In this document: positions 12,944-23,839 of the stretch, piece by piece
Position numbering within the stretch: the stretch's first letter is position 1
Layout of the letters: each line of letters starts with the position of its first letter
Origin: Utricularia gibba
Taxonomy: Eukaryota; Plantae; Magnoliophyta
Reading direction: 5' to 3'
DNA: 64,000 nt
Assembly (NCBI GenBank): GCA_002189035.1
Contig: NEEC01000016.1
Coordinates: 1,364,001-1,428,000 of the forward strand
The notes under the pieces: generated by a model
Seen by the model: the letters and a program-made list of their open reading frames with translations, nothing else
Told to the model about the DNA's origin: nothing
Databases searched by the model: none
Made by a program: the position numbers and the translations under genes

Positions 12944-15900
12944 GATCCTGCCCGGCATACGCCTTATCATAGATGTGGTGCTCCGTAGCGGCCTCTTGCG
13001 ACTATAAAATCCTCTCGAGGAGGGCGGGTTCCATTTGGATTAACGTCTTAATCTTGCCCTTCCCCACTACCTCCAATCCCACTTTCTCTATATCTATCTG
13101 TAGTGGATCCTCTCTTAGGCTCCTATTGAGACCGTCTACCACTACGTTCGCCTTGCTAGGGTGATAATTTACCCCTAGATCGTAGTACTTCATTAGGTCG
13201 AGGCACCTACGTTGTCTCATGTTCAGCTCCTTCTTTGTGAACACATACTTCAAACTCTGATGCCCCGTATATAGTTCGCACCGTACACCATACAGGTAGT
13301 GTCGCCATATCTTCAGCGCAAAAATCATTGCTGCCATCTCGAGGTCGTGGATAGGGTAGTTTTTCTCGTGGTCCTTCAGTTTCCTATATGCGTAGGCGAT
13401 TAACCGCCCTTCCTGCATTAATATGGCCCCGAGTCCTTTTCCGCTAGCATCGGTGTACACTTCATAGTCCTTTTCAGTCTGTGGTAGTGCCAAGACAGGT
13501 GCTTGCATCAAGGCCTCCTTTAGTTGATCAAAACTGCCTTGGCACTCCTCGGTCCATTCAAATGCTCGATTCTTCTTCAATAGTTCCGTCAGCGGTCTTG
13601 CCCTCTCGGAGAAGGATTTAATGAATCTACGATAGTAGCCTGCCATTCCCAGGAAACTTCTCACCTCACCCATGCCGTGACGACCTCTACCTTCCTCGAG
13701 TCCACTACTACTCCCTCTCCACTAATAATGTGACCAAGAAAGCTAATGTTTCTCAAGAAAAATTCGAACTTGGTTGCCTTTGCATACAACTGCTTCTCTC
13801 ACAGCCTCGTTAGAACCTTGCGTAGATGTTCCCAATGGCTGTCCCAGTCCGGAGAGTAGACTAAAATATCGTCGATGAAGACTACTACGAAGTCATCAAG
13901 GAAAGGTTGGAACACCCGGTTCATTAGGTCCATGAACGCTGTTGGCGCATTCGTGAGGTCGAACGGTAGGACAACGAACTCGTAGTGATCTTATCTCATC
14001 CTAATGCGGTCTTTGGAATATCCTTTTCCCTAATCTTCAATTGGTGATATCCCGAGCAAAGATCAATTTTGGAGAACATCGTTGCTCCTCTCAATTAGTC
14101 AAACAAGTCCCGCAGTAGGGGTTATCAATTATTAACCGTCACCTTGTTTAATTCTCGGTAGTCTACACATAGCCTCAAGGATCCCTCCTTTTTCTTCACG
14201 AAGAGCACTGGGGCTCCCTAGGGTGACGTACTTGGGCGAATAAATCCTTTCTGGGTCAAATCCTCTAGTTGTAATTTTAATTCTTTCATCTCGATTGGTG
14301 CCATGCGGTATGGTGTTCGAGAGATCGGTTTCGCGTCACCAACCAATTCCACCTGAAAGGTCACTTCCCTATCAGGCATTTGTCCTGGTAGCTCATCATG
14401 AAATACATCCTAACATTCCCTAATTAGTTCCTTAATCTCGTCTATCGGTTCCCTCTTGTTCCTTTCAGTTAAGAATGTCAATAGGTAATACCCTTTTCCC
14501 TCGTCAATCCTCCCCTTGGGTTGGTTTCCTGCCGTTGGACTATACTCCCACCTTTGTCGCCACAGGTCCTCCAGTTCGACTATACGTTTTGCACATCCAA
14601 TCCTTGCTCGGTGTCATCGAAGCCAATCCAAGCCTAATATGACATCAACCCCCGTGATATCAAGCTCAATTAGATTAACCTCTATTTCCATCGCTCCTAG
14701 TTTCATCGGTATGCCAGTGTGTTTTCGTCTTCCATACAGTATCCTACCCTCTGGTGTTCTAGCCTCGAATATTTGGAATAAGTCTTCCCCTTTCAGTCCC
14801 ACTCGTTGCACACACTCCTTCGTAATGAAGGAGTGCGTAGCCCCATGATCGAACAACACTATGCAATTAATGTTTGAGAGCAGGAGCGTACCTATAATCA
14901 CCTTGTCGTCCTTCTTGGCCTCAGCTTGGTCCAGGTGGTAGACGCATCCTCCATAGCATCTCGTAGTGGTCTATGCCGTCCTCACCCCCTTCCTCGGATA
15001 GTTCCGGGCTATATGCCCCTTTTGCCTGCAGCTGAAGCAAGTCCCTGTGTAGCAGCACTCTCCACCATGCTGGCGCCCACACTTAGCGCACCCTCCCGTG
15101 TGCACTTTACCTCCCACCTTCAGTTCTATAACGTTAGTCTCGACCTTCCGCTCACCCGCAGCGTACCTCTTCCCCCTCACTTCGTCAATTGGTCCCAATT
15201 CAGATTCCACAAGTAGTGCTGCCCGTAGTAACTCCTCCAAGTTTTCCGCTGCCGCGGAAATGAGTCGCTCCCTCAAGCGGGGTAGAAGGGCCTGCCGAAA
15301 CTTAAGCGTCACTAGGCGTTGGCTGTCCATCAGCCCCAAAGCAAATCTCAGCAATTCCTGGAAATGCACATAGAAGTCATAGATAGTCTCTCCATTCCTT
15401 TGTCGAACAGCCTCTAGGTCCGCTACGTTTTGCATCAACACTACCGCCGGGTAGAACCTATCGAGAAAACGCTCCTTGAGGGCCGGCCAGTGAGCTTCCA
15501 CCCCCGTGCTCGCGATACTCCTCCACCAGCGTGCTGCATCGCCTACCAGGAAATCCACCGCAATCCTTCCATGCTGCTCCTTTGAGGTATTATGAATTTG
15601 TATATTCTGCTCCAATTCCATGAGCCATGCGTCGGCCTCCTCCGGGGTCCAACCCACCAAAGGTCAGCATCCTCCCCTTCTTGAGGCACAAGAAATGAGT
15701 GTGCTCCTCCTCCCTAGCTGACTTCACAACCTCCACTCTGCTCGAGGAGGATCCAACCGCTGCGAGGATAGCTGCTGCTAGTTTCTCTAGTTCACCCTTA
15801 GTAGCAAAGTTGTCTGCACACCTATCTGATCCTTCGGTACTCTCGTAGGTTTGTGGTGTACAACTCTCAATAGGAAACTGCTCCCTCTCGGGCTAAACTA

Positions 15901-15997
15901 TCTCTACTTTCTAAAAGTCAAACCAAGCCCGTTAGTTTCTAACTCCACTTACTGGGCGTTCTGCGGTGCCTAGGAGGTTGCAACGATGGGAAACCTC

Positions 15998-16009
15998 GCT
16001 CTGATACCA
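15998..16009 (-). promoter_or_regulatory. Primer-binding site (tRNA-iMet) of the Tekay-like element
   Basis: TGGTATCAGAGC on the minus strand, 3 nt after the 5' LTR end. Confidence 0.92.
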
Positions 16010-16012
16010 TAA

Positions 16013-17105
16013 TGTAACGCCCCATACCCCCTAAACCGCACAACGAGCATGGTAACACAGCGCGCGGCCGACACCGCACAAGAGCTCATATATGAAAATA
16101 TCGCACAACCTGGCCGAAAGTCATCAACAATATTTACAACCTAAGCAATTTAAAGTACCATCATAAGGGAAGGCACTTCCCTCTACAAGCACCACACGTC
16201 CAGACACTTAGCAGTTATCGACCAAAAGCATATTACATTTCTAAGCACTAAGGGAGGGCACCTCCCGCACCGTCGATGCTACAGGCGTAGACTCAAAACA
16301 TGACTGCCGGCCACCCTTGCCCGGCTATCCCATCGGCGCACCCTCCTCGGATACTCCAGCGGTAGACCCGATGTCCAAACATATACACAAGAACGAGTAA
16401 GGCGTTAATTCTCGTGGTAGGAGGAACATCGTTCCTCATCACATTCCCCTCTCTCGGTCATCACTCGTTTTTCCTAGCCCGAAGGCTCATGGCTCTTGTC
16501 CCACTGCTCGCTGCATTGTCGGCAGACCGAGTTTCCCGATCGTGGGAGAGTCCCACGTCGCCCCCACTCACGGTGAGCTCAAGCTTCCACACCCTCAGGT
16601 AGTCTCGAATTGCTGCCGATGTTCGATCCTCACCGACCCCGCCTGAAAGGCTACGTCCGCTTGCCCAAATCGACACCCAAGGCTAAGCCCCTTACCTTCG
16701 CCGCTTCCGGCGACTCTCGTGCGCTGCGCGTCCGCTTCCGACCAGTTCGCACCATGGTTTCTTTCGGGTTCGTGAATCCTCTCTCGGACATGTAGCCCTC
16801 TGCCCTAATTTCGCCCCCAATTCTATTTAGCGGGTCAATTTCGAAGACGGGTTGCGCACACAGGTTGCGGGGTGGAGGCTGTCCTCTACCCGACTCCCCC
16901 TTTCCTTCTCCCTTGCGATACGCCCTGCATGCCTCCCGTGTGGTGGTGGTGAGGGCTGCCAAGCCCATCAATTCTTCTCACGCCATGATCACCCTATTGC
17001 ATGACAGCCCCTCTCGCACCTCTCCTATTGCGATTGACACACGCCGGCTCGTAACAAGGCCATTAAGACTCCTTCTCATACTACTCTAACTCCCCGGTCA
17101 TTATA
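16013..17105 (-). repeat. 5' LTR of the Tekay-like element
   Basis: Direct repeat of 9194-10296 with scattered substitutions and indels. The terminal CA on + is changed to TA. Confidence 0.93.
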
Positions 17106-17436
17106 GCTGTAATCAAATCTCTAACACATATCGGTCTGTTGGCTTACAACAATACGTCAAGGCACCTTTTGATTACTTTTCGGAGGCTGATTACCTTGAT
17201 CCAATTTATCCCCCATCATCATAATTGTATTATGCTTGAATGTGTATTAGATTATAAATTTTATTTGATAGAAAAAATTACAATTTAACGATGTTGCATA
17301 AATTTATCGTTTATAATAAAAAACAAAAAATAATTGATTCAAATAATCTAAATCAAATTATGTGTAATATAATAAATAAAATATAGAAAAAAATAAATAA
17401 TCAATTCACAATATTTTAGACAATTAAATGACTCAA

Positions 17437-17601
17437 AATATAAATTTAAAATAAAAAATATTTAATCCAAATAATATCGAAGAATCAATTGATATATAAT
17501 ATAAATTTAAAATAAAAAAATATGTATTTAATTTAAAAAATAATTAGATATCGAATGACGTATAATATAAATTTAAAATAAATAAATAAATAAATAAATA
17601 A

Positions 17602-17638
<37 letters not shown>
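17437..17638. repeat. Three degenerate ~60-66 bp AT-rich tandem units followed by (AAAT)n and (TA)n microsatellites
   Basis: Motif aatataaatttaaaataaa recurs at 17437, 17498 and 17564, followed by an aaat run and a TA run to about 17638. Confidence 0.7.
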
Positions 17639-17641
<3 letters not shown>

Positions 17642-18071
17642 CAATTCAATAATACATAAAAATCTAATAATGCATAACATAGAAATAAAGTAAAAAATAT
17701 ACAATCAATTTAAATAATACATAAAGTTCCAAAAAATTATTTTTCAAAATATGAAAAATTATATTTTACAAATCAAATTCAATATCTAGTATTTGACAAA
17801 CTAATTTTTGAAAAAATGATATATCACTAATTTACTCAAATAAAACCTCCTATGTGTTAATGTTCTCTCAAGTTCAACAGTAAAAAGAGCAACCAGTGGT
17901 TGATGAGTTGTGGGATTGCAGTTTACAAATCTCTGACAAGTCTCTCGAACCAGGAGACAACCATGAAGGAAGGCAATACAACATTGAAACCAATGCATCT
18001 CGCTCAGGCTGCGTTCATCTAGGAGTCAAGCTATCATGACTAACACCACATTATCAGGGAAACCGGCCAGT

Positions 18072-20347
18072 CTATGGGCGACTCCGCCCCACGGCTTTGC
18101 CGCAGAGGAGCACATTCGTCGGGATTTCGTATTCGTTATTAAGGCTCGGCGTCGGATCGTAGACCCTCAGGTACAGCTCTTGTCCCAGGTATCGTCTTCC
18201 CCACATCGCTGATCTTAGATTCCACATTCCTTGGTTGTCCAGAGATACCAGGATCGTGGTCCATGAATTTGGATACACCTGCGAGTGATGCAGGTGAATC
18301 ATCCATTGTGTGAAACTGGTTCATGGTGATAACCAGATAGGAACTGAGGGGAAGTGTTTATGTAATTCACCTGAGTAGTATGCCTTGTCAGTGCATCAAC
18401 GAGATTGTAGGACTTTCTGTTGTTTGTTGTCCACTGCCCTGCTCCGAATCTGTCAAACGAGAAAGGAAGCAGATTCGAACATTTAGACATTTTGAAAGCA
18501 AAACAAGATGATGAAGTCGTGATTCCTACCCAACGACCCAGAAATCGTAGCCATCAAGATGCCAAGATTGAATGGTGTCCTCATTATTCTGGAGGACGAC
18601 TTCCAGAAACTCATGAAGAGAAGCACCCAAGACGGATGTCCCAAAGGCAGCTCCATTTCCACTGGGAGAACTCTGGATGGAGTTAAGGCTAAAAACACCA
18701 GGAATGTTGAAGTAGTCAGCAAGCTTTAATGGAGTATCCGGGTTGATATATGAGATCTCATTGACTGCGTATCTTTGCCTCCCAGCAAGAACAGGTGCTG
18801 AGTTCTCCAGAACGATAGTTCTTGATGGTGTTATCATTCCGTAATGGAATGAGCCCTGTGGATTTGGCCTTGCAGCATTTGAGGTAAGATTCCATCTGAG
18901 ATGCAACCAGTCATCAACTCAGAATACACTCATAACAGACATCCAAGGAATCTATGCATCTGGTTCATACCTGAGGGATCTCGCTTGGTCGATGGACCAA
19001 TCTATTTCAGTTGTCGGACCGGCCGGAAGCGGACCGAACACCGGAACCATGGATTGAGAGTAGTGCAGGATGGCAGCACCAGCAAGGACAGTAGGAGTGA
19101 ACCTTGTGGATGCAACAATGTAGTAGTCACGAGCAGACTGATCCATTGTGACTAAAACTGTTGCCGTTTGACCAACATGAACGTCTAGAGAATCATAGAT
19201 ATTCTGAAGAACATTAGATCCTTCAACCTCAACGAGCTTCAGCTTATGCCCCTGAATTCTGAAGTTGATTGATGTGGACAGGCCGACGTTCGACACCCTG
19301 AACATGTAAGTTCTCCCTGCAAGCATACACATTTTTAGAGCACAAAAAATGAAGCTCCATTCCCATCAATCCAGTGTAACACACACATACACAACCTTGA
19401 TCGCAGGTAAATGTCGCCCCTCTTTGGCCATTGATAAGAATCCCATCAGGGAAGGGAAGGGGGCTCCCTGAATCCAAAGTTTGCTGCAACATCTGCAAGA
19501 GCAAGTATGCTAAAGATCAAGCTTCTTCCCCGAGTGTTCATCACAAGGTGCAGCAACCAAGTTCTCACCTGATGAGATGAAGTGTACCAGTCGCCAATGA
19601 GCAAGCTGAAGTCCCCGTCCGGCTTCGCATACGGAACCGGAATGACAGAGCGTGCATAGATGTTCAGAGCTCCGAAACCTCCAGCTGCTCTATGCATCTG
19701 AGTTGATGGAAAGTATGTGTAGCTCCCAATTTGATCCTTAGTTTGGAACTTGTATGTATAGTTGGAATTCGGTGGAACAGGACAGTTAGTCCCCAGAACA
19801 CCATCTTGCCAGCTATTCTTCCTTTGCTTGATGCCATTCCTGACAGAACACAAGTGTAAGAAAACTCATATTTTTTAGGTAAACTTCCCACTGAACCAAT
19901 ACAAATCACCGCCGTGGATCTGATACAAACACAGATCAATGACGACAGTCTTTTCAGACAAAGATGACATTTTTCCTCCAAAAACTTGAACCCAATTGTA
20001 AGAGGCAGACACTAACCAGGTTAAGAGAAAGGGCTGGTCTAATTCGTTCACCAGATTGACAACCATGTTTTCATTGGTCACTGTATCAATAGTAGGACCG
20101 GGAAACTGACCGTTGATAAGAATGACCTTCAAATAATTCAGCAACCAAACACATTCAGTAAAAAAACAACTTCAGCATATTAAAAAAAACCAGAAACATT
20201 GATAACCTGCTGAGGAAAACCGAGGGGATATGCGAATCCGTAAGTGACTGTCCAAGTGTAGTGCTTGTAAGCATCTTCAGCTCTAACATCAGGTGCAGCC
20301 CAGAACGTGAGAACCGTGAGAACATAGAGCAACGCCCCCAGCTTCAT
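18072..20347 (-). CDS. SKU5-similar (SKS) multicopper oxidase-like protein / L-ascorbate oxidase homolog
   Basis: Signal peptide MKLGALLYVLTVLTFWAAPDVRA; AEDAYKHYTWTVTYG; VILINGQFPGP; KNSWQDGVLGTNCP; FPDGILING; SWHLDGYDFWVVG; LDNQGMWNLRS. Most copper-ligand His/Cys are absent, as is typical of SKS. No GPI tail. TAG at 18072-18074. Confidence 0.95.
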
Positions 20348-21242
20348 TCTCTGCAAGCATTCAACTTTATTCAGAGTTCAAAATGTTCATAAGATGTACA
20401 GAAACGGGAGTCATGAGCAAGCATTGTTGAGCTACTGACAGATCTGGTGACGAGAACGAAGCAAGTTCTGAAGTGGGTTTTCTGGAAGCCAAGAAGGTGA
20501 AAACGAATGAGGGTCAAAAGTTCAACTACCCGAGAAAAAGAGAAGGGAAGAACAGAGACAAGCTAGTTAATTCCAACACAGCTTGCAATAAATAGACAGC
20601 GATTCCCGTTGCCAAATGATGATTGCCAAAAGCCTCTACTAATATAGCAAAGCAACAAGGAATAAAGGGCAAAAAAAGAAAAGCAGCTCTTTGAATTCAC
20701 GGCGCAGCTACCTGATCCAACGTCTTTCCGCGTTACCTTCAACATAATGACTACACTTTTTGAGCTGCCGGGGCTCCTTAAATGTCGGAATGCACGGCCC
20801 CTACTGCGCTTTATTTCGGAACATGCGTCCCCACGATTCTTTACAGTGTTGGGAAACCGAAAACCGATGAGCTTTCATGAAGCTTGTTCTTTTTTATCAT
20901 CTCCGACGAGTCGCAGTGCACGCAGCAAGAAGACATTATGTCAACAACACATCGGAATGGATATCAGGAAACAAGAAGATATGAAACAAGTTGTGGGATG
21001 GCGACATGTTGTTAAACTGGTTATGTGACGGATTGGTTCTTAATCAGTAAACAAAATCTAGATTAAGTTTAGATTTTCACTCTGATCTTAGTCTGGATTT
21101 CATTAGTCTGATCAAATTTATGGAGAAAGGGATGAATGCATGGCTTCCACGTATATGACAACGTGTACCTCTTTCGTCCTTCTTCTTGACTGAACTTTTC
21201 TTTGTTTGTTTCACAATTTTCTTTCGTCTTATCCCATTCGCC

Positions 21243-22286
21243 ATGCCCGACGATCACGCCTCCGCCGCGGACGATCAAGCTGCCGCTCAAGCTCACGAAC
21301 ACGAAAGTACAGTTCTGTTGCACAGTTTGGTTTTACTTTTCTTTCGTTTGATCACCCTTCGTGAATTCATCAATGCGAATTCCAGGCTTTACTAGTGAGT
21401 TTATTTGGATGAGTCTTCTTTGTTGTGGTACGCTTTCTTTCGAGATAAGCTTACCATTGAATCATCCGTCGGTTTTGCTGCAGATATCTGGAGAGAAGTC
21501 ATGCTATGGAAGAGGAAGAAACTGAATGCCTGTATTCTTCTCGGTGCTGCATCTTTCTGGGCAGCCATGGAAGTGTTCGACTACACCTTCGTCACTCTCT
21601 TTTCCTACGTTTGCATCGCCATCGTCGTCTTAATTTTCATCTGGGGCAACATCACTCGCCTCCTTCAGAGGTAACTAAAGTTCCATGTCAGTTAATTGCT
21701 TTGATTGAAAGACGGTTAATCATTTATCAGAGGGATCCCATTAAGTTCTATACTTACATTTTTCTTCTTCTTACATTCCTTGGATTGATTACGCATCTTG
21801 GTAATGAAGGGAGGAGGAGGATTTATGGGCTACATACATCAGAAAAGAAAAGGCTAACGAGAGAGCAGATTTTCTCCGGCAGCGGATCCAGGAAGGGATT
21901 CAGATGATTTTCCGTTTCAGTACTGAGAGTAAATGGTTCACCGTCGCCGGAGTTATTGCGGCACTGTACCTGCTATCTATCGTGGCGGGAAGGATCGATT
22001 TTCCGACAGTCTGTTTCATTGGTGATCAAGATTGATAGTTTGTAAGATAATGGAAGTAACTCAATCTGTTATATGACTGTTGGGTTGGTTTGCAGGAGTT
22101 CTTGTGGGGATGACAGGGCCAGCAGTGTACACAAAGAAGGAGGAAGACATAAGGAAATGGGGCGAGTGCCTGAGTTGCAAATCTGAGAGAGTAGCTTCTG
22201 CGGCTAATGACAAATTGCAGATGATGAAGATAAAGATGAAAGCTTTGGGAAGGAGAGGAGAGGTGAAGAACAAGAAGATGGAATAG
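21243..22286 (+). CDS. Reticulon-like protein (RTNLB13-like), four exons
   Basis: Predicted exons 21243-21306, 21484-21670, about 21811-22021 and 22097-22286. Sequence VMLWKRKKLNACILLGAASFWAAMEVFDYTFVTLFSY...IDFPTVCFIG|VLVGMTGPAVYTKKEEDI matches the reticulon hydrophobic hairpins. Confidence 0.88.
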
Positions 22287-22732
22287 CTTCTTCTCACTTG
22301 TACTGAATAGGAGATCGAACTCCAGATCCGGAGACCTGATGAATAAAAAGTGTAAAGGTTCTGTTTATGGGACGAAAGTCACATTCCAAACCTTGGAACA
22401 CAGACAATACTGCAATCTACGAGCACAAGCTTTCACGGTCATCTTCCCTGCACTGGTAATCTTCCCTGTTAGAAGGCCTTTCACCGCCGATTTTCCACGT
22501 CTGGGGGTGAAGACCGGGGTTTCGACCACACTGCGAATAAGATCTCGCTGCTGCTATCGTCCAGCTCCTCCATCTTATCATCCATCAATGTCCAGATTAC
22601 CCGAACTTCGAAGCTTTGACATCTCAAATAATGTATTTATATGTACATTTAAGAATTAATTTATTTTTGAAAAACAGTACTATGATTTTTACTTTTGTAT
22701 CTATTTCAATTTTAGTCTCGAAGAAAAAGCAG

Positions 22733-23750
22733 TGATGTTCAATTTGTCTTTCAAGATAAGGGAAACATATGTATCAAAAGCTTTAGTCAATATATAAGAC
22801 ATGTAATGGGTTGTATTAATATGAATTGAATTGATAAAATTTGTCAAATAATGCTTCTAAACAATGTGACAATCAATATTGAGATGCTTAATGGGTTCAT
22901 GAAAGGAATTATTCTCTATAATATGAAGAATTAACTTGTTATCTATTTAAAAAAGGAATCCACACTAACGATAGCTATTGCAAATCTCATCTTATATCAA
23001 ATATGTAATTCAAATAAGTTCGATAGCTATCAATCTTATAATATGCTTCACTCGAGAAAGCAAGAATTACTTTTTTTTTTGTCTTCTATGAAACTAAATT
23101 TTGTCTCAAAATGATGCAATAATATGTGACAGATCTTCGAGTTTAAGGACATGAACTTCAATCTACATCACAAAAAAATTGCAACTGTATGCATACCTCT
23201 TGATGAGTAGAAAATTTCATATTTTTCAATATGTTTCAAGTAAAGAAAATATCAATGAATCATCATTGACCTTTGCATAAACTAGATTAGTTACTGCACA
23301 CCATAGGCAATGTTGAGCTTCATAAAAACTCAAATACAACAATCATCCTATTACTCTTAGATAATCATCTAAGTGATATATAATAAGAGATATAGCTGAT
23401 AATTACTGATCTTTTACCATAGGTGTCTTAGCTAAACAAGGCAAATTTTTGCCAAATTTTAATCATAAGTATCTAATTTTTTGTATTTCAATATGTTTTA
23501 TTAAGACCATAAAAGAATTATTTAAGTAGTAATTTAGGCTTTGCACTATTATATTTGCATCACACTTCAACTGAATTTCAAATGGATACATAGAGTCTTG
23601 ACACATATGAGGGTTACATTCATATCGGTCAAATTCAATATCTCTATTTTCATTGTTATCAACATGTGCATGATTTGCCGTGTCATTTTACATCATCTCT
23701 AGTATATTTTCACTATGTCATCATATAAATAAGTGAATATCTCGTCGCTC
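22733..23750 (-). mobile_element. Heavily decayed Ty1/copia RT-RNase H remnant
   Basis: Minus-strand fragments in correct copia order: AKTPM; YLRVIG*LLYLS...NIAYGV; FCDVD*SSCP.TRRSVTYYC...LVS..KK; ILTKAF...LKDKLNI. Many stops. No LTR found. Confidence 0.7.
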
Positions 23751-23839
23751 GTATGATTCACCATATGTCATATATATTCTTATTATTAATACATACTAAC
23801 AAATACAAATTAATTTAATAAGATTTCAACTTGTACATA

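Larger units (their letters stand above)
9194..17105 (-). mobile_element. Full-length but decayed Ty3/gypsy LTR retrotransposon, Tekay/Del chromovirus-like
   Basis: Two similar ~1.1 kb LTRs, tRNA-Met PBS and PPT. Gag ORF 14971-15660 with degenerate zinc knuckle CFSCRQKGHIARNY; protease LFDHGATHSFI; disrupted RT; RNase H ORF 13002-13673; integrase (HPGGTKMY..., WEQIAMDFVTGLP); chromodomain-like tail (RPLKILGRK...EDATWE). Multiple stops and frameshifts. Flanked by GCTGTA on both sides. Confidence 0.95.
8800..17126. mobile_element. Copia (Tnt1/Tork-like) solo LTR split by the gypsy insertion (parts 8800-9193 and about 17112-17126)
   Basis: Starts TGTTG at 8800. Contains gattttaacgtgaaaa...gaaaaaccacgg and tatttatagg, which I recall as typical of Tnt1-like LTRs read in reverse. 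Ends ...CTAACA at 17126 after the gypsy element. Flanks share CATA (8796-8799 / 17127-17130). Confidence 0.5.

Noticed and set aside
9763-17089. Many short ORFs within the two Tekay LTRs
   Set aside because: Duplicated only because the LTRs are repeats. Frames are not conserved between the two copies.
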